From positions 1 through 64,000 of the IMG/VR virus record IMGVR_UViG_3300045051_000987: a DNA stretch of 64,000 bases; one strand, 5' to 3'. The DNA comes from a virus. Positions 12,610 through 22,535 of this stretch are shown here, one piece after another (within the stretch, counting starts at the first letter, position 1; every line of letters starts with the position of its first letter). The position numbers and the translations under genes were made by a program. The notes under the pieces were generated by a model, which searched no databases, was not told where the DNA came from, and saw nothing but the letters and a program-made list of their open reading frames with translations.

Positions 12610-13146
12610 TCAGACCTTCTCGCTCGAGGTCGGGCGTTCCTTGAACGTGCAGACGAGGAGGTTCCGATGCAGGCCCGAGAGCCCGTGCGATCGAGGCTGC
12701 GCCTGCTCGCAGAAGAGGCCCGGCGGGTTCGGCACTTCCTGCACGAGCGCGAGGTCGACCGATCGATGGATCGACACGAGCCGATCGCCGACGCGCGGCG
12801 CGAGCGCGGTGCCGGTCGCATCGACGAGCCCGCGGAGCTCGAGCTCCGCGAAGTGAAAGACGAGCACGAGCTCGAGCTGCGACGACGCGCCCGTGCGGAG
12901 CATCGCGAGCTGTTCCCACGCGATGTCTTCGATCTGGCATCGGAGATCGAGCGGCTCCTTCTCGACGCGAGCGGAGCGGCCCGCTTGCTCCTCGAGCGCC
13001 GGGAGCTGACGCGTCTCGCGGAAGAGCGGGTCGTAGCCGCTCGCGTGTCCACCGATGCCGTCGGGGTCGGCTGACGTCGTGGCCTGATCGAGCTGCGCGA
13101 TGCGCGCGACGAACGGCCAAATGAGCCTTCCACGGTAGCCGGCCAT
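12610..13146 (-). CDS. Putative head closure / neck protein
   Basis: Position and size only. Confidence 0.5.
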   Translation of the reverse strand: MAGYRGRLIWPFVARIAQLDQATTSADPDGIGGHASGYDPLFRETRQLPALEEQAGRSARVEKEPLDLRCQIEDIAWEQLAMLRTGASSQLELVLVFHFAELELRGLVDATGTALAPRVGDRLVSIHRSVDLALVQEVPNPPGLFCEQAQPRSHGLSGLHRNLLVCTFKERPTSSEKV

Positions 13147-13493
13147 CACGAAGCCCCGACGGTGAACGGACGCACCTCGAGCTTCTCGCGAACCTGCACG
13201 GGGCGGATCAGCGAGCCCGCCGTCGTCACGCGCACGTCGAGGATGAAGCCGACGCCGGGGGCGATGTTCCTCGTCTGCGCCGCGGTGAAGACCGCCTCGA
13301 TCGTGCGTGCCGTCGCCGACGTGATCGAGCCGGTGCCCGTCGCCACGACCACGCCGCCCGGCGCGATGAGGCGCACCGCGACCGCCGCCCCCGTGAGCTC
13401 CTCGACCACAGCGGCCGCGTCACGTCCGATCGTCGGGTCGGCGATGATCGTCGCCTGCCAGTCGCATCCGGCGACGATGGGATCGAGGGCCAT
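13146..13493 (-). CDS. Hypothetical beta-rich virion protein
   Basis: 115 aa, coupled to neighbours. Confidence 0.6.
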   Translation of the reverse strand: MALDPIVAGCDWQATIIADPTIGRDAAAVVEELTGAAVAVRLIAPGGVVVATGTGSITSATARTIEAVFTAAQTRNIAPGVGFILDVRVTTAGSLIRPVQVREKLEVRPFTVGAS

Positions 13494-13496
13494 GAG

Positions 13497-14933
13497 TCAC
13501 ATTCTCCCGGTGGTGGAACCGCCGCGAGCGTAGCGTGCGAGCACGGTCGCTCCAACACCGCCGCCGAGCTCGCCGCGCGCGACACCTCCGCTCGCCATGA
13601 AGCCGTGGATGATCCCGTTCGCGCCGCGCCGGCCTTCGCCCTGATCGAAGATCGATGGCTCGTAGACGATCGCGACGGCGCCGACGAGCGGCATCGTGAT
13701 GCGCGTCGCGATGTGCGGCGCGAGCACGCTCGATGGATCTCCGACGAGCGGAGGCTCGACGTCATCCGACGCGCTCGGCTCGAAGACGTGTGCCGGCGAG
13801 CCGAGGAGCCCTGGATCGACGAACGCGTGCACGCGGAGGTCGAGAACGCTCGCAGGGGCCCCGACGACGGGCGGGGTGGTCGCGTGGTCGACCGTGGGGC
13901 CGAAGACGCTCGCAGGGGCGCCCACGAGCGGCGCGGACGTGGCCTCGAAGAAGCGGGGTGGGGTGACGAAGCTCGCAGCTCCGACGAACGGCGTCGAGCT
14001 CGAGCCCGCCACCATCGGGGCGAAGACGGCCGAGTCACCCACGAGCGTCGTCGTGATCGCCGTCGCGATGCTCGGGGTGAACGTCGAGGCCTCGGCACCG
14101 ACGAGCGGGAGGTCGGTGTAGGTCCCCTCGATCACGAAGTCGGGGGCGAAGACCACAGCAGCCGCGCCGACGAGGTCCGGGTCGACCGTGCCGTACACGA
14201 GCGGCGCGAGGACGCTCGCCGCTGCGCCCACGAGAGGCGGATCGACGAGCGCAGCCACGTGGGGCGCGAAGACCGACGCAGCGGCGCCCACGAGCGCGGG
14301 ATCGCTGAACGTCGCGTGCGCCGGCGTGTAGGCGATCGCGGGCGAGCCGATCAGCGGCGGATCGACGTAGCCCTTGATGTCGGGCGTGAAGACGCTCGAG
14401 GCGACACCGACGAGCGCGGGATCGACCGTGCCGTGCACCGACGGCGCGAAGGGCGCGGCCGCCGTGCCGGCGAGCGGGGGATCGATGAAGCCGTGGATCG
14501 TGTGCGAGAAGACGCTCGCCGCCGAGCCGATGAGACCGGGGTCGGTCGTGCCGGCGACGTGGGGCGTGAACGTGCTCGCCGCCGAGCCGATGAGCGCCGG
14601 ATCGATGAGGCCCGCGATCTGCGGAGCGAAGACCGACGACGCCGATCCGATGAGACCGGGGAGCGTCGAGCCTGCGACGTGCGGAGCGAAGGGCGAAGCC
14701 GCCGCGCCCACGAGCACGATGTCGACGGTCCCGTAGATGACGATCGGCGCGAAGACACTCGCAGCGTCGCCGACGAGATCGGGGTCGACGTACTCGGTCG
14801 GCGGAGCTCCGGTGTCGGGCTCACCGTTGATCGTGAGGACGTTGATCGCCGCGCCGTTGATCTCGGCGAGGTCATCGACGTCGATCGCGACAGCGTCTTC
14901 CGCCTCGAAGAACCAGAAGAGGAGCCGGCTCAC
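13497..14933 (-). CDS. Tandem-repeat virion protein (about 20-aa repeats)
   Basis: Many copies of DP.L(V/I)G.A.SVF.P.V.G. Confidence 0.75.
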   Translation of the reverse strand: MSRLLFWFFEAEDAVAIDVDDLAEINGAAINVLTINGEPDTGAPPTEYVDPDLVGDAASVFAPIVIYGTVDIVLVGAAASPFAPHVAGSTLPGLIGSASSVFAPQIAGLIDPALIGSAASTFTPHVAGTTDPGLIGSAASVFSHTIHGFIDPPLAGTAAAPFAPSVHGTVDPALVGVASSVFTPDIKGYVDPPLIGSPAIAYTPAHATFSDPALVGAAASVFAPHVAALVDPPLVGAAASVLAPLVYGTVDPDLVGAAAVVFAPDFVIEGTYTDLPLVGAEASTFTPSIATAITTTLVGDSAVFAPMVAGSSSTPFVGAASFVTPPRFFEATSAPLVGAPASVFGPTVDHATTPPVVGAPASVLDLRVHAFVDPGLLGSPAHVFEPSASDDVEPPLVGDPSSVLAPHIATRITMPLVGAVAIVYEPSIFDQGEGRRGANGIIHGFMASGGVARGELGGGVGATVLARYARGGSTTGRM

Positions 14934-14943
14934 GCGGACCTCC

Positions 14944-15486
14944 CTACTGAACGCTCAGCTCGAAGCGGTCGTCTTCGGTCGGCGGGTCGGTGAAGCCACC
15001 GCTCACCGTGATCTTCTTCGTCGTCCCGTCGTACGCCGAGACCTTCTTCACCTGACCCACGAGGGCGCCGCTCACCATCGTGATCAGCGCGTCCTTCCAG
15101 TGGTTGTCGGTGGTCTCGGTGAGGTACGTCCCGAAGACTGTCTCGGTGTTCGGTGCGCCGTCTGAGATCGACCCTGCTCGACGACTCACGTCGAGGCGGA
15201 AGGTCTCGATGATCTGCTTCACTTCGACGCCATCGACCGTCGCGCGCGCGACGATCTGGTAGGTCGTCCCGAAGTCGTAGTCGGCCGGATCGAAGACGAG
15301 CTGAACGGTGTAGTGCCCGTCGAACGACGCGCCGACGATTCGCAAAGCGTCTTCCGAGTCGATGAGCCCACCGGCCATGTTGTAGACCGTCACCGACGGC
15401 GTATCGTCCGCGTCGACGGCCACGCCGCTCGCGTTCGTGAGGATGAACGCGAACTGGTCGGTCAGGCCTGCGATGATGCTCCGCAT
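14944..15486 (-). CDS. Hypothetical virion protein
   Basis: 180 aa beta-rich, structural operon. Confidence 0.6.
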   Translation of the reverse strand: MRSIIAGLTDQFAFILTNASGVAVDADDTPSVTVYNMAGGLIDSEDALRIVGASFDGHYTVQLVFDPADYDFGTTYQIVARATVDGVEVKQIIETFRLDVSRRAGSISDGAPNTETVFGTYLTETTDNHWKDALITMVSGALVGQVKKVSAYDGTTKKITVSGGFTDPPTEDDRFELSVQ

Positions 15487-16749
15487 CTAGAACCTCCCGC
15501 GGATGCTTGGCCCGCTGCGTGGCGTCGGTGTGTACGCGATCAGCGCGAAGAGATCGAAGCACTGCGAGCTTTCGCTCACGAGGCTCGGGTTCTCGCGGTT
15601 CGTCACGAAGCTCACGCCCTGACCCTTGCGGAGCACGATGTTTCCCGAGACCTCCGCGAAGCGCGATCGACCGCGTGTGCTCCACACGAGCTCGGAGGGG
15701 CCGCCGGGCGCGGGCGGGTTCGGCATCGTGCCGCCGGCACCATCGAAGCGAACGGGGACGCGCGTGGTGCCGCGCAGCGTCGCGTGGCGCTGATAGAGGT
15801 TCACCGCGCCCGTCACGGCACCGAGCCCCGTGTGGAGCGTGTGCCAGTCGGGGTTCGTGCCGACCTTCTCGGTGAGCGCGCGCGCGCGGTGCGGGCCCGC
15901 GTAGACCTTCACGCCCGTGAGCGCCGGGCCCACCGTGTCGAGCGGGAGGAGGCGCGAGGTCACGTCCGTCGCCATCGACTCCGGCACCGAGTCGACACCA
16001 GTCGAGAGGATGAGGCGCATCCCGACGGCGGGGATCTGCGTCGCAGCGAGACCACCCGCGAGCTCGCGGTAGCGAAGGCCGCGCACCTCGAGCACGACGC
16101 CCGATCCCGTCGCGTTGAAGATCGCGAGGAGCGGGTCGTCGTTCGTCGACTCGTTCACGATCGGGCCGGTCGAGAAGTTGTGGGTCGCGCCGGTGCCCTG
16201 CACGATCACCTGACCGCTCAGCGCGAACATTCCGTGCGAGAGCCCGATCTGACTCTGCACGACCGCGAGACCTTGCCCCGCGTTCAGCACGATCGGTTGA
16301 ACGTCTCCCGTCCCGCCGATGCGCATCATCGACGAGAGGTCACCACCACCGCCGAAGGCCGTGTCGAGGCGCGTCGCCGTGATCGCTCCAGCCGCTTGGA
16401 AGTTACCGGCCTGGGGACAGTCCACCAAGCGGCGGAGCGTCGCCGTCGACGTGATGGCGTCGGGGTAGCGGACGATCGAGACCTGCGAGGGAAGGCTCGC
16501 CTCGTTCTCGTCGTGCTTGATCGTCGTGAGCGCCTCGCCGCCGGTGACAGCGCTGATCGTGCGGATGTCGAAGAGACCGGGGCGCACGACGCCCGCCGTC
16601 GCGACACCGAGGACGCCCTGCGTCGCGCGCAGCTCGAGCAGCTCGATCGTCCCGTCGTTCTCCTCGTTGACGATCGAGAAGCAGCCCTCGAGAAGAGGGG
16701 CGAGCGGAGCCACGCGCCGCAAGCTGATCGCGAAGGTGCGCGCGGCCAT
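15487..16749 (-). CDS. Hypothetical virion protein with two internal homologous domains
   Basis: QPIVLNAGQG and NIVLRKGQG repeats. Confidence 0.65.
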   Translation of the reverse strand: MAARTFAISLRRVAPLAPLLEGCFSIVNEENDGTIELLELRATQGVLGVATAGVVRPGLFDIRTISAVTGGEALTTIKHDENEASLPSQVSIVRYPDAITSTATLRRLVDCPQAGNFQAAGAITATRLDTAFGGGGDLSSMMRIGGTGDVQPIVLNAGQGLAVVQSQIGLSHGMFALSGQVIVQGTGATHNFSTGPIVNESTNDDPLLAIFNATGSGVVLEVRGLRYRELAGGLAATQIPAVGMRLILSTGVDSVPESMATDVTSRLLPLDTVGPALTGVKVYAGPHRARALTEKVGTNPDWHTLHTGLGAVTGAVNLYQRHATLRGTTRVPVRFDGAGGTMPNPPAPGGPSELVWSTRGRSRFAEVSGNIVLRKGQGVSFVTNRENPSLVSESSQCFDLFALIAYTPTPRSGPSIRGRF

Positions 16750-16755
16750 CGTCGA

Positions 16756-17127
16756 TCACTCCTCCGCGCGAACGAGGTGCTCCGGCGTCTTCGAGCCCGA
16801 TGAGAACGCGACCACCGCGAGCTCGTCTTCGGCTTTCTCACCGCTTGCGACGAGCCGGAGCTCGAGCGCCTCAGACCATGGGATCGTTCGCTCGGTCGCC
16901 TTCACGCGCCCGACGTTCGCGAAGCGATCATCCATCGGGTAGGTCGAGCCATCCGTGGCCTCTTCCGCGACGGGCGTGTTCGTCTTGCGGTCGAAGTGCA
17001 CGACCTCGGTCTCCCACGAGACGCGCAGGCCTCGACGCTCTGCCTCGGCCCACGAGAGGCGCGCGCGCACGTTCTCGCCATCGATGGCCTCGAAGGCGCG
17101 GAGCTGTCGGTTCGTCGTGATCTTCAT
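16756..17127 (-). CDS. Hypothetical protein
   Basis: 123 aa, fills gap in operon. Confidence 0.6.
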   Translation of the reverse strand: MKITTNRQLRAFEAIDGENVRARLSWAEAERRGLRVSWETEVVHFDRKTNTPVAEEATDGSTYPMDDRFANVGRVKATERTIPWSEALELRLVASGEKAEDELAVVAFSSGSKTPEHLVRAEE

Positions 17128-17139
17128 GGTGCGAGCCTC

Positions 17140-17661
17140 TCAGGTGTCCGTGAACTCGATCTCGAAGTCGGCCGTGCCCACCGCGCTCGATCCGCTCTGC
17201 TGGATCTCGACGCCCTGGTTCTGCCGACACACGAGGGGCTGGACGTTGCTGTCGCCATAGCCAGCGTCCCACACCTGAGCGAAGGGGATCAGGATCTCCC
17301 ACTCGTCGAGCGTCGCGCCCGAGACCGTCGGCTCGTCGTTGCTCCACAAGTACTGTCGGAACGGCGTCGCCGCTCGAGTCGGCGTGCGACCAGTGCCCGA
17401 GGTGGTGCCAGCGTCGAGCGAGCCGTTGCTCGTGTCGTGTGCGATCGGCGTGATGGCCGAACCACCGGTGGGGGCTCCGGTCGTGAGCCGGTTCACGCGC
17501 ATCGTCGTGAGCACACCCGTCACGGCGCTCGTGCCGTTGTTCAGGTGGAACATTCGGTAGGCGCGCAGCACGGCGCTCGCGTCGGTCGTGAAGATATCGA
17601 TCATCGACTTCGCGGACGCGTACGCGCACGCGAGGGTGACCGCTCGCCAGGTGTTCGCCAT
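17140..17661 (-). CDS. Hypothetical virion protein
   Basis: 173 aa; QPLVCRQNQG resembles repeats in 15487-16749. Confidence 0.65.
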   Translation of the reverse strand: MANTWRAVTLACAYASAKSMIDIFTTDASAVLRAYRMFHLNNGTSAVTGVLTTMRVNRLTTGAPTGGSAITPIAHDTSNGSLDAGTTSGTGRTPTRAATPFRQYLWSNDEPTVSGATLDEWEILIPFAQVWDAGYGDSNVQPLVCRQNQGVEIQQSGSSAVGTADFEIEFTDT

Positions 17662-17664
17662 GGA

Positions 17665-17955
17665 TCAGATTCCCTTCGTTCCGGAGAAGAGGAGGATGTC
17701 ACCCGAGCCGTCGCCTCGAGCGCCGACGATGTGCTGCGACCACTTCCCCGCTTCGAGCTCGGCGATGCCGCGCCCGATGTCGTCACGTCGCTCACCGTGC
17801 GGCGCGGCGCGCCACCGATCTCGCTGGATCTTGAGCGCCCAATCGATCGCGCGCTGCGCGAGCCCGAACGGGTAGGCCATCGGCACGTCGAGCAGCCAGC
17901 CGTGATCGGGGTGGTAGTGCAGCCGGAGCACCTTCGGCGGGACCGTCACAACCAT
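17665..17955 (-). CDS. Hypothetical protein
   Basis: 96 aa, fills gap in operon. Confidence 0.5.
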   Translation of the reverse strand: MVVTVPPKVLRLHYHPDHGWLLDVPMAYPFGLAQRAIDWALKIQRDRWRAAPHGERRDDIGRGIAELEAGKWSQHIVGARGDGSGDILLFSGTKGI

Positions 17956-18998
17956 CGCGGGGTCTCCTCGACGATCGAGAGCGCGCCGGTGAGCGTGAAG
18001 TCGTTCGAGCCTGCGAGGTCATCCACCGTGCTCGGAACGCTGTCGCCGGCACGAAGACCGAGCTGCTTGAAGCTCACGAGCGTGTCCCAGCCAAGCCCAC
18101 CCGAGACGATGTCGGCTTCCTCCATGCACGCGCGCATCCAGGCGCGAGCCTGCGGGCGCGTGAACGCCTGATCGGCGTACGCGAAGCCGAAGATCCCCGC
18201 GTCGGTCGCGTACTGACCAGCAGCCTCTCCACCACCGAGGCGCGCGCGGTACGGGTTGCCGCTGGTTCCAGCGGACACGCCGCCGCTCGTGTTGAGCGTG
18301 CGCCACACGATGCCGTTGAGGATGCAGTCGAGATCCTCGGTCGATCCGCCCTCGTAGCGGAGCATGAGGATGATGGTCTTGAAGTCGACCATGTTGATCA
18401 TCCCGCTCGAGCTCAGACCCGACCAATCGGCGCCTGATCCGTTTGTCGCGATCATCGTCCCGGTCCCGTCCGCGATGCCGACGCCGGGGCGTGAGGTGCT
18501 GTATTGGAGCTTCCACCCGTCGCTGAACTGGTTGGCGCCGGCACCGGCGACGGTGACACCCGTCGCGTCCGGATCTTCGACGAGACCGAGGCGGACGCCG
18601 ATCGCGATCGTGACGTCCGCGTGCCCCTGCATGCTGTCGTTGATGGCGTCGAGGTAGTTGGACGCGGAGAAGCCTGTCGCGAGCACGAGGCGCTTCGAGC
18701 CGTCGCGGTGATCCTCGAGCGTCTGTCGCGTGAGCCGCATCTGAACCGCGGCGCCCGCGCTGAACGAGGTGCCCGTCGTGCCCTGACGCCCGCGTACGAT
18801 CGTGAGCGTGTCTCCCGAGCGCGCGGTCACACGCACGATCTCGATCGTCGTGCCGTCGGTGATCGTCGTCCAGCACCAGTCGCCCACGCCGAGCGTCGGC
18901 CACCTCGAGCCCTGACCCGTGTTCAGGACAAGCGAGACGTCCGAGTTGGAGATCCCTGCGGAGAGCACCCCCGCGGCGTTGTTGGCGAACTTCTCCAT
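17946..18998 (-). CDS. Putative fibre / receptor-binding protein
   Basis: N-terminal KFANNA...EIVRVTARSGDTLTIVRG..GT adaptor pattern; possible lectin-like C-terminus; start reassigned to 18998. Confidence 0.65.
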   Translation of the reverse strand: MEKFANNAAGVLSAGISNSDVSLVLNTGQGSRWPTLGVGDWCWTTITDGTTIEIVRVTARSGDTLTIVRGRQGTTGTSFSAGAAVQMRLTRQTLEDHRDGSKRLVLATGFSASNYLDAINDSMQGHADVTIAIGVRLGLVEDPDATGVTVAGAGANQFSDGWKLQYSTSRPGVGIADGTGTMIATNGSGADWSGLSSSGMINMVDFKTIILMLRYEGGSTEDLDCILNGIVWRTLNTSGGVSAGTSGNPYRARLGGGEAAGQYATDAGIFGFAYADQAFTRPQARAWMRACMEEADIVSGGLGWDTLVSFKQLGLRAGDSVPSTVDDLAGSNDFTLTGALSIVEETPRWL

Positions 18999-19008
18999 CG
19001 AGCTCGCA

Positions 19009-19422
19009 TCACACCTGGAAGATGCCGGACGCGTTCCACCGGATCTCGTGGTCGCCGCCCGTGGGCGTGATCGGGAGACCCGCCGCGGTGTCGATGTACG
19101 CGAGGAGGCGCGACGTCGCGGCCGAGCCCGTGTCGATGTAGAGCACCACCGCCTCGATGGTGTCGGCGGAGCCACCGCCGCCCGTGAGGCCTGCGAAGGT
19201 CACGTTGTCGGCGTCGGCCACGCCGCCCGTGTCGGTCTTGCCCGTGAGGTTGCCCGACGTCGCGACGCGCGCGCCCGACGGCACGTCCGTGAGGAACTCG
19301 TGCGACGCGCTGTAGCTGTACTGCCCCGTGTCGACGAGCACGGCCTTGATGTCCGCTGCGGTGAACGTGAGGCCGGTGCGAAGGCACTGTCGTCGAGCGA
19401 GGGGGTAGACCGCGTTTGCCAT
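19009..19422 (-). CDS. Conserved phage minor virion protein
   Basis: MANAVY...IKAVLVD...DADNVTF...LLAYID...WNASGIF pattern. Confidence 0.7.
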   Translation of the reverse strand: MANAVYPLARRQCLRTGLTFTAADIKAVLVDTGQYSYSASHEFLTDVPSGARVATSGNLTGKTDTGGVADADNVTFAGLTGGGGSADTIEAVVLYIDTGSAATSRLLAYIDTAAGLPITPTGGDHEIRWNASGIFQV

Positions 19423-19476
19423 GCGGGATGCTGGGCCCGCGCGCTCGGTCTCGTCAAGGAACGCCCCCGTGCGAGC

Positions 19477-20598
19477 TCAGACCGCTGCGATCATCGGCGA
19501 GCGGAGGAACATCGCGAGGATCGTGTCGATCTCGGGGTCGCCCGTGAAGGCGCCGAGGAGCGGCGAGCCCGCGCGCCCCGAACCGAGCGAGCCCGGCGAG
19601 GCGTAGCTCACGGCCTGATCGCGCGTGCGCTCCGAGGTCACCACGCCGCTCGATGGACCGCCGCCCGCGCCGATGCCTCCGCCGTCCATGTGCCGGCGCA
19701 CGAGGAGCATGGCCGCGTGAGCGATGAGCATCGGCGTGCGCCCTTGGGGTGAGCCGTCGGGTTCGGTGAAGCCGAAGACGCCGCGCACGTGCACGTTCTG
19801 CTGGCCCACCGGCCACGCCCATCGAGACCACCCGACGTGCGTGCCGGCGACGCCACCGCGAACGATGCCGACGGGATCGTAGACCTCGAGCTTCGGGTTC
19901 TGCCGATCGTCGGGCTGCATGAGCCGCTGGGTGAGGTGCCGGTTGTAGACCCTCAGCGTGTCCTTCGAGTATGGGAGCGGTGAGCTCGCGGTCGTCGGGT
20001 AGGGCACGAGATCGACGCTCACGCCTTCGTCCTCGATCGCGACGATCGGCTCGTTGAGCATGAGCATCGGCCCGCCGCGCCCTGAGAGCGCGAGCGCCTT
20101 CGGCTCGGGCACGAAGCGCCGACCCGTGAAGGCCTCGATGTAGGCCGTCGCGCGCGCGAGGAGGAGCGCAGCTCGCGTGTCGCTGAGCACGCTCGGCGAG
20201 AAGCCCTCGGCGCGGAGCTCGGCGATCGTCGTGTAGTACGGCAGGCCCGTGAACGGCTTCGCGCCACCCGCGAGACGCTCGGTCGTCGTCGACCACGTGA
20301 TCTCTGGCCCGCCGTCCTCGAGCACCGCGAACCAGCGCACCGTGCGACGCCCGGGGCCCGGATCATCATCGGGAGCCCACGTCTCGGCCTGTGGGTCGTA
20401 CGTGCGCGCGCGGAAGTAGCCGGGGCCGAGCCGATCGCCCGTCGGGTAGTCCGTGTCGACGTCGACGGCGATGCGCACCATCGCCTCGTCGCCGGCATCG
20501 GTGAGCACCTCGACCTCGAGCGAGTGAGGCGTCACGAGGAAGCCCGCCGAGTCGACGACGAACGTCGTGGGGAGCTGCGGATAGTGCGCGGGCTGCAT
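19477..20598 (-). CDS. Head-to-tail adaptor
   Basis: YTTIAELRAEG...LLARATAYIEAFTGRRF and TPMLIAHAA connector-like segments. Confidence 0.6.
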   Translation of the reverse strand: MQPAHYPQLPTTFVVDSAGFLVTPHSLEVEVLTDAGDEAMVRIAVDVDTDYPTGDRLGPGYFRARTYDPQAETWAPDDDPGPGRRTVRWFAVLEDGGPEITWSTTTERLAGGAKPFTGLPYYTTIAELRAEGFSPSVLSDTRAALLLARATAYIEAFTGRRFVPEPKALALSGRGGPMLMLNEPIVAIEDEGVSVDLVPYPTTASSPLPYSKDTLRVYNRHLTQRLMQPDDRQNPKLEVYDPVGIVRGGVAGTHVGWSRWAWPVGQQNVHVRGVFGFTEPDGSPQGRTPMLIAHAAMLLVRRHMDGGGIGAGGGPSSGVVTSERTRDQAVSYASPGSLGSGRAGSPLLGAFTGDPEIDTILAMFLRSPMIAAV

Positions 20599-20670
20599 GG
20601 TCGCGAAGGTAGCGCGGAGGCGACGGAACGAGCGAGGCCCGCCCGAGCGCGATGCTCAGACGGGCCTTCG

Positions 20671-20688
20671 TGTTCACCCGGGTGAACA
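20671..20688. repeat. 18-bp palindrome copy 2 (intergenic)
   Basis: TGTTCACCCGGGTGAACA. Confidence 0.95.
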
Positions 20689-20697
20689 GGCTCGCGA

Positions 20698-21315
20698 TCA
20701 GCGACCGCGACGACGCGACTGAGGCTGCGCGGCCGCCGCCTTCTCGGCCTTGCCCGGCTTCACCACCGGCGCGCGCGGCTCGCGACCGCCCTCCTCGAGC
20801 AGGTCGTCGCTGTCGTCGAGCTCTTGCTCACCGCCTTCGATCTTGCCGAGCTCGGAATCGCCGGACGTGTCCGCGTCGCCCTCGGCGCCGATGTTCGCGT
20901 CCTCGGTGCCCTCGGCTGGATCCTGCATCTTGCTCGGGTTCACGTCGTTCGTGCTGATCGCGCCGGAGGTCGAGGGCTTCTCGTGACGGTGCACGCGACG
21001 CGCGACGCGCTGCTCGTCAGAAGCCTCCACCGAGCGCTTCGTCTTGTCGCGCTGCTCGCGCTTCTCCATCGCCTCGGCCTCGGCCCGCGTCATCACGTCG
21101 AAGATGAGGATGCCGCCCTCGCGCTCGGGCTTGTCGTTGTGGGTGATCTCGCGGAGCTTCTCGACGAAGACCTCGTCGGTGAGCGTGTACCAGCCACGTG
21201 CTTCCTCGAAGCGAACGCCGTCGATCATGTAGCGGCCCGGCGTCTGCGGGACGCCCTTGCGCGGCTTGGCGGGTCGGGGCTTGAGACGGACCTTGTACTC
21301 GACGGCGTTGCTCAT
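20698..21315 (-). CDS. Hypothetical protein with acidic disordered tail
   Basis: 205 aa, GGAG SD. Confidence 0.7.
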   Translation of the reverse strand: MSNAVEYKVRLKPRPAKPRKGVPQTPGRYMIDGVRFEEARGWYTLTDEVFVEKLREITHNDKPEREGGILIFDVMTRAEAEAMEKREQRDKTKRSVEASDEQRVARRVHRHEKPSTSGAISTNDVNPSKMQDPAEGTEDANIGAEGDADTSGDSELGKIEGGEQELDDSDDLLEEGGREPRAPVVKPGKAEKAAAAQPQSRRRGR

Positions 21316-21421
21316 GCTGAGGCTCCCTTGCTGTGGATCTGTGCTGACGGAATGCAGCGACCCGCGGAGAGTAGCTCTCGCGCGGGCCGTCGGGCAAAGG
21401 GTTGGGGGATGGGGAGCGAGC

Positions 21422-22012
21422 TCAGCCCGCGATCGTCGTGACCGCGAAGCCGCTCGCGAAGTGACGGTTCATCGCCGCCTTCGTCGCGTTGAGGAGCGCG
21501 GTGAGCGTCGCGGTGTTCGACGCGTCAGCCGTCGCGATCACGGCGGGAGCCGCCGCACCGCCCGCACCACCGACCGTGTGGTAGGTGCCGGAGACGACGT
21601 GGAGGTTGAAGTCGGCCTTGATCTCGTTCGCGAGCGTGATCGCCGATGCCTCGTCGCTCGCGTTCGCTGTCGCCACGACGTTCGCCGCGTCGGCTGCGAG
21701 ATGCGTGGGAGCTCCGAGCGCGCCGTGCGCGTTGAACGCCGCCTTGAGCGCGTTCGCGAGCGTGACCTGAGCCGTGGTGAGCGCACCGCCAGCTCCCGAT
21801 GCGTCGGGCGTCGTGACGGCCGCCGTGCGCGCGCCGTGCAGGATGAGGCCCGAGCTGCGCACCGCGGTCTGGACCTCCGAGAGGTCCGTCGCGATATCGC
21901 GGAGCACCTTGCCAAGCGGCGGATGGCGCTTCGAGCCGTTCGTCGATGCGGTTCCCGGTGCGGGGTTGAGACCGCTTCCGCCGGTGCCGTAGTCCTTGGG
22001 GATCGTCGCCAT
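21422..22012 (-). CDS. Hypothetical head-associated protein
   Basis: Ala-rich, three LAN..KA.FN.H-type repeats; AGGAGG SD. Confidence 0.65.
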   Translation of the reverse strand: MATIPKDYGTGGSGLNPAPGTASTNGSKRHPPLGKVLRDIATDLSEVQTAVRSSGLILHGARTAAVTTPDASGAGGALTTAQVTLANALKAAFNAHGALGAPTHLAADAANVVATANASDEASAITLANEIKADFNLHVVSGTYHTVGGAGGAAAPAVIATADASNTATLTALLNATKAAMNRHFASGFAVTTIAG

Positions 22013-22029
22013 GTCTCGAGGCCTCCTGA

Positions 22030-22070
22030 CACCTCAGCCCCGCCGGGAGCTTGTCCGACGGGGCGAGGTG
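22030..22070 (-). other. Intergenic stem-loop, copy 1
   Basis: CACCTC..CCCCG.CGG / CCG.CGGGG.GAGGTG inverted repeat; similar to 22471-22509. Confidence 0.6.
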
Positions 22071-22095
22071 CGGTGTGCGCTCGAGGCGCTCGCGT

Positions 22096-22440
22096 TCAGA
22101 TCGAGTCGACGATCACCGTGAAGGTCTGACCGCTGAGGTTCGCGGTCGAGCTCTGCTGGAGCGGACCGTCGGCCGCGTCGTAGTTGCCCTCGAAGACCAT
22201 GAGCTTGTCGTTCGCCTTGTCGTAGCGGAGCACGTAGCCGCTCGCGTCGACCTGCTGGACCGACAGCACTTCGCGACCGGGGCTCGAGAAGCCCGCAGCC
22301 TCGAGCGCGTCCTTGTAGAGGGTCGAGAAGCCGACCGTGCCGCCCGCGGGATACGCGCCATCGCCCGCGAACGAGACGAGATCCTTGCGGATGGGGCCCT
22401 GCTTGACCTTGGGGGTGATCGTCATCGTTCCGAGAGCCAT
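22096..22440 (-). CDS. Putative capsid decoration protein
   Basis: 114 aa directly after capsid gene; AAGGAG SD. Confidence 0.55.
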   Translation of the reverse strand: MALGTMTITPKVKQGPIRKDLVSFAGDGAYPAGGTVGFSTLYKDALEAAGFSSPGREVLSVQQVDASGYVLRYDKANDKLMVFEGNYDAADGPLQQSSTANLSGQTFTVIVDSI

Positions 22441-22470
22441 GTGCCGTTCTCCTTGCGGGGGTCTTCTGAC

Positions 22471-22509
22471 TCCTCGACCCCGCCGGGAACCTGTCCGGCG
22501 GGGTGAGGA
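22471..22509 (-). other. Intergenic stem-loop, copy 2
   Basis: TCCTC..CCCCGCCGG / CCGGCGGGG.GAGGA inverted repeat after capsid gene. Confidence 0.6.
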
Positions 22510-22535
22510 TGTGGGTCGGTGCTCAGCTCAGGCGA

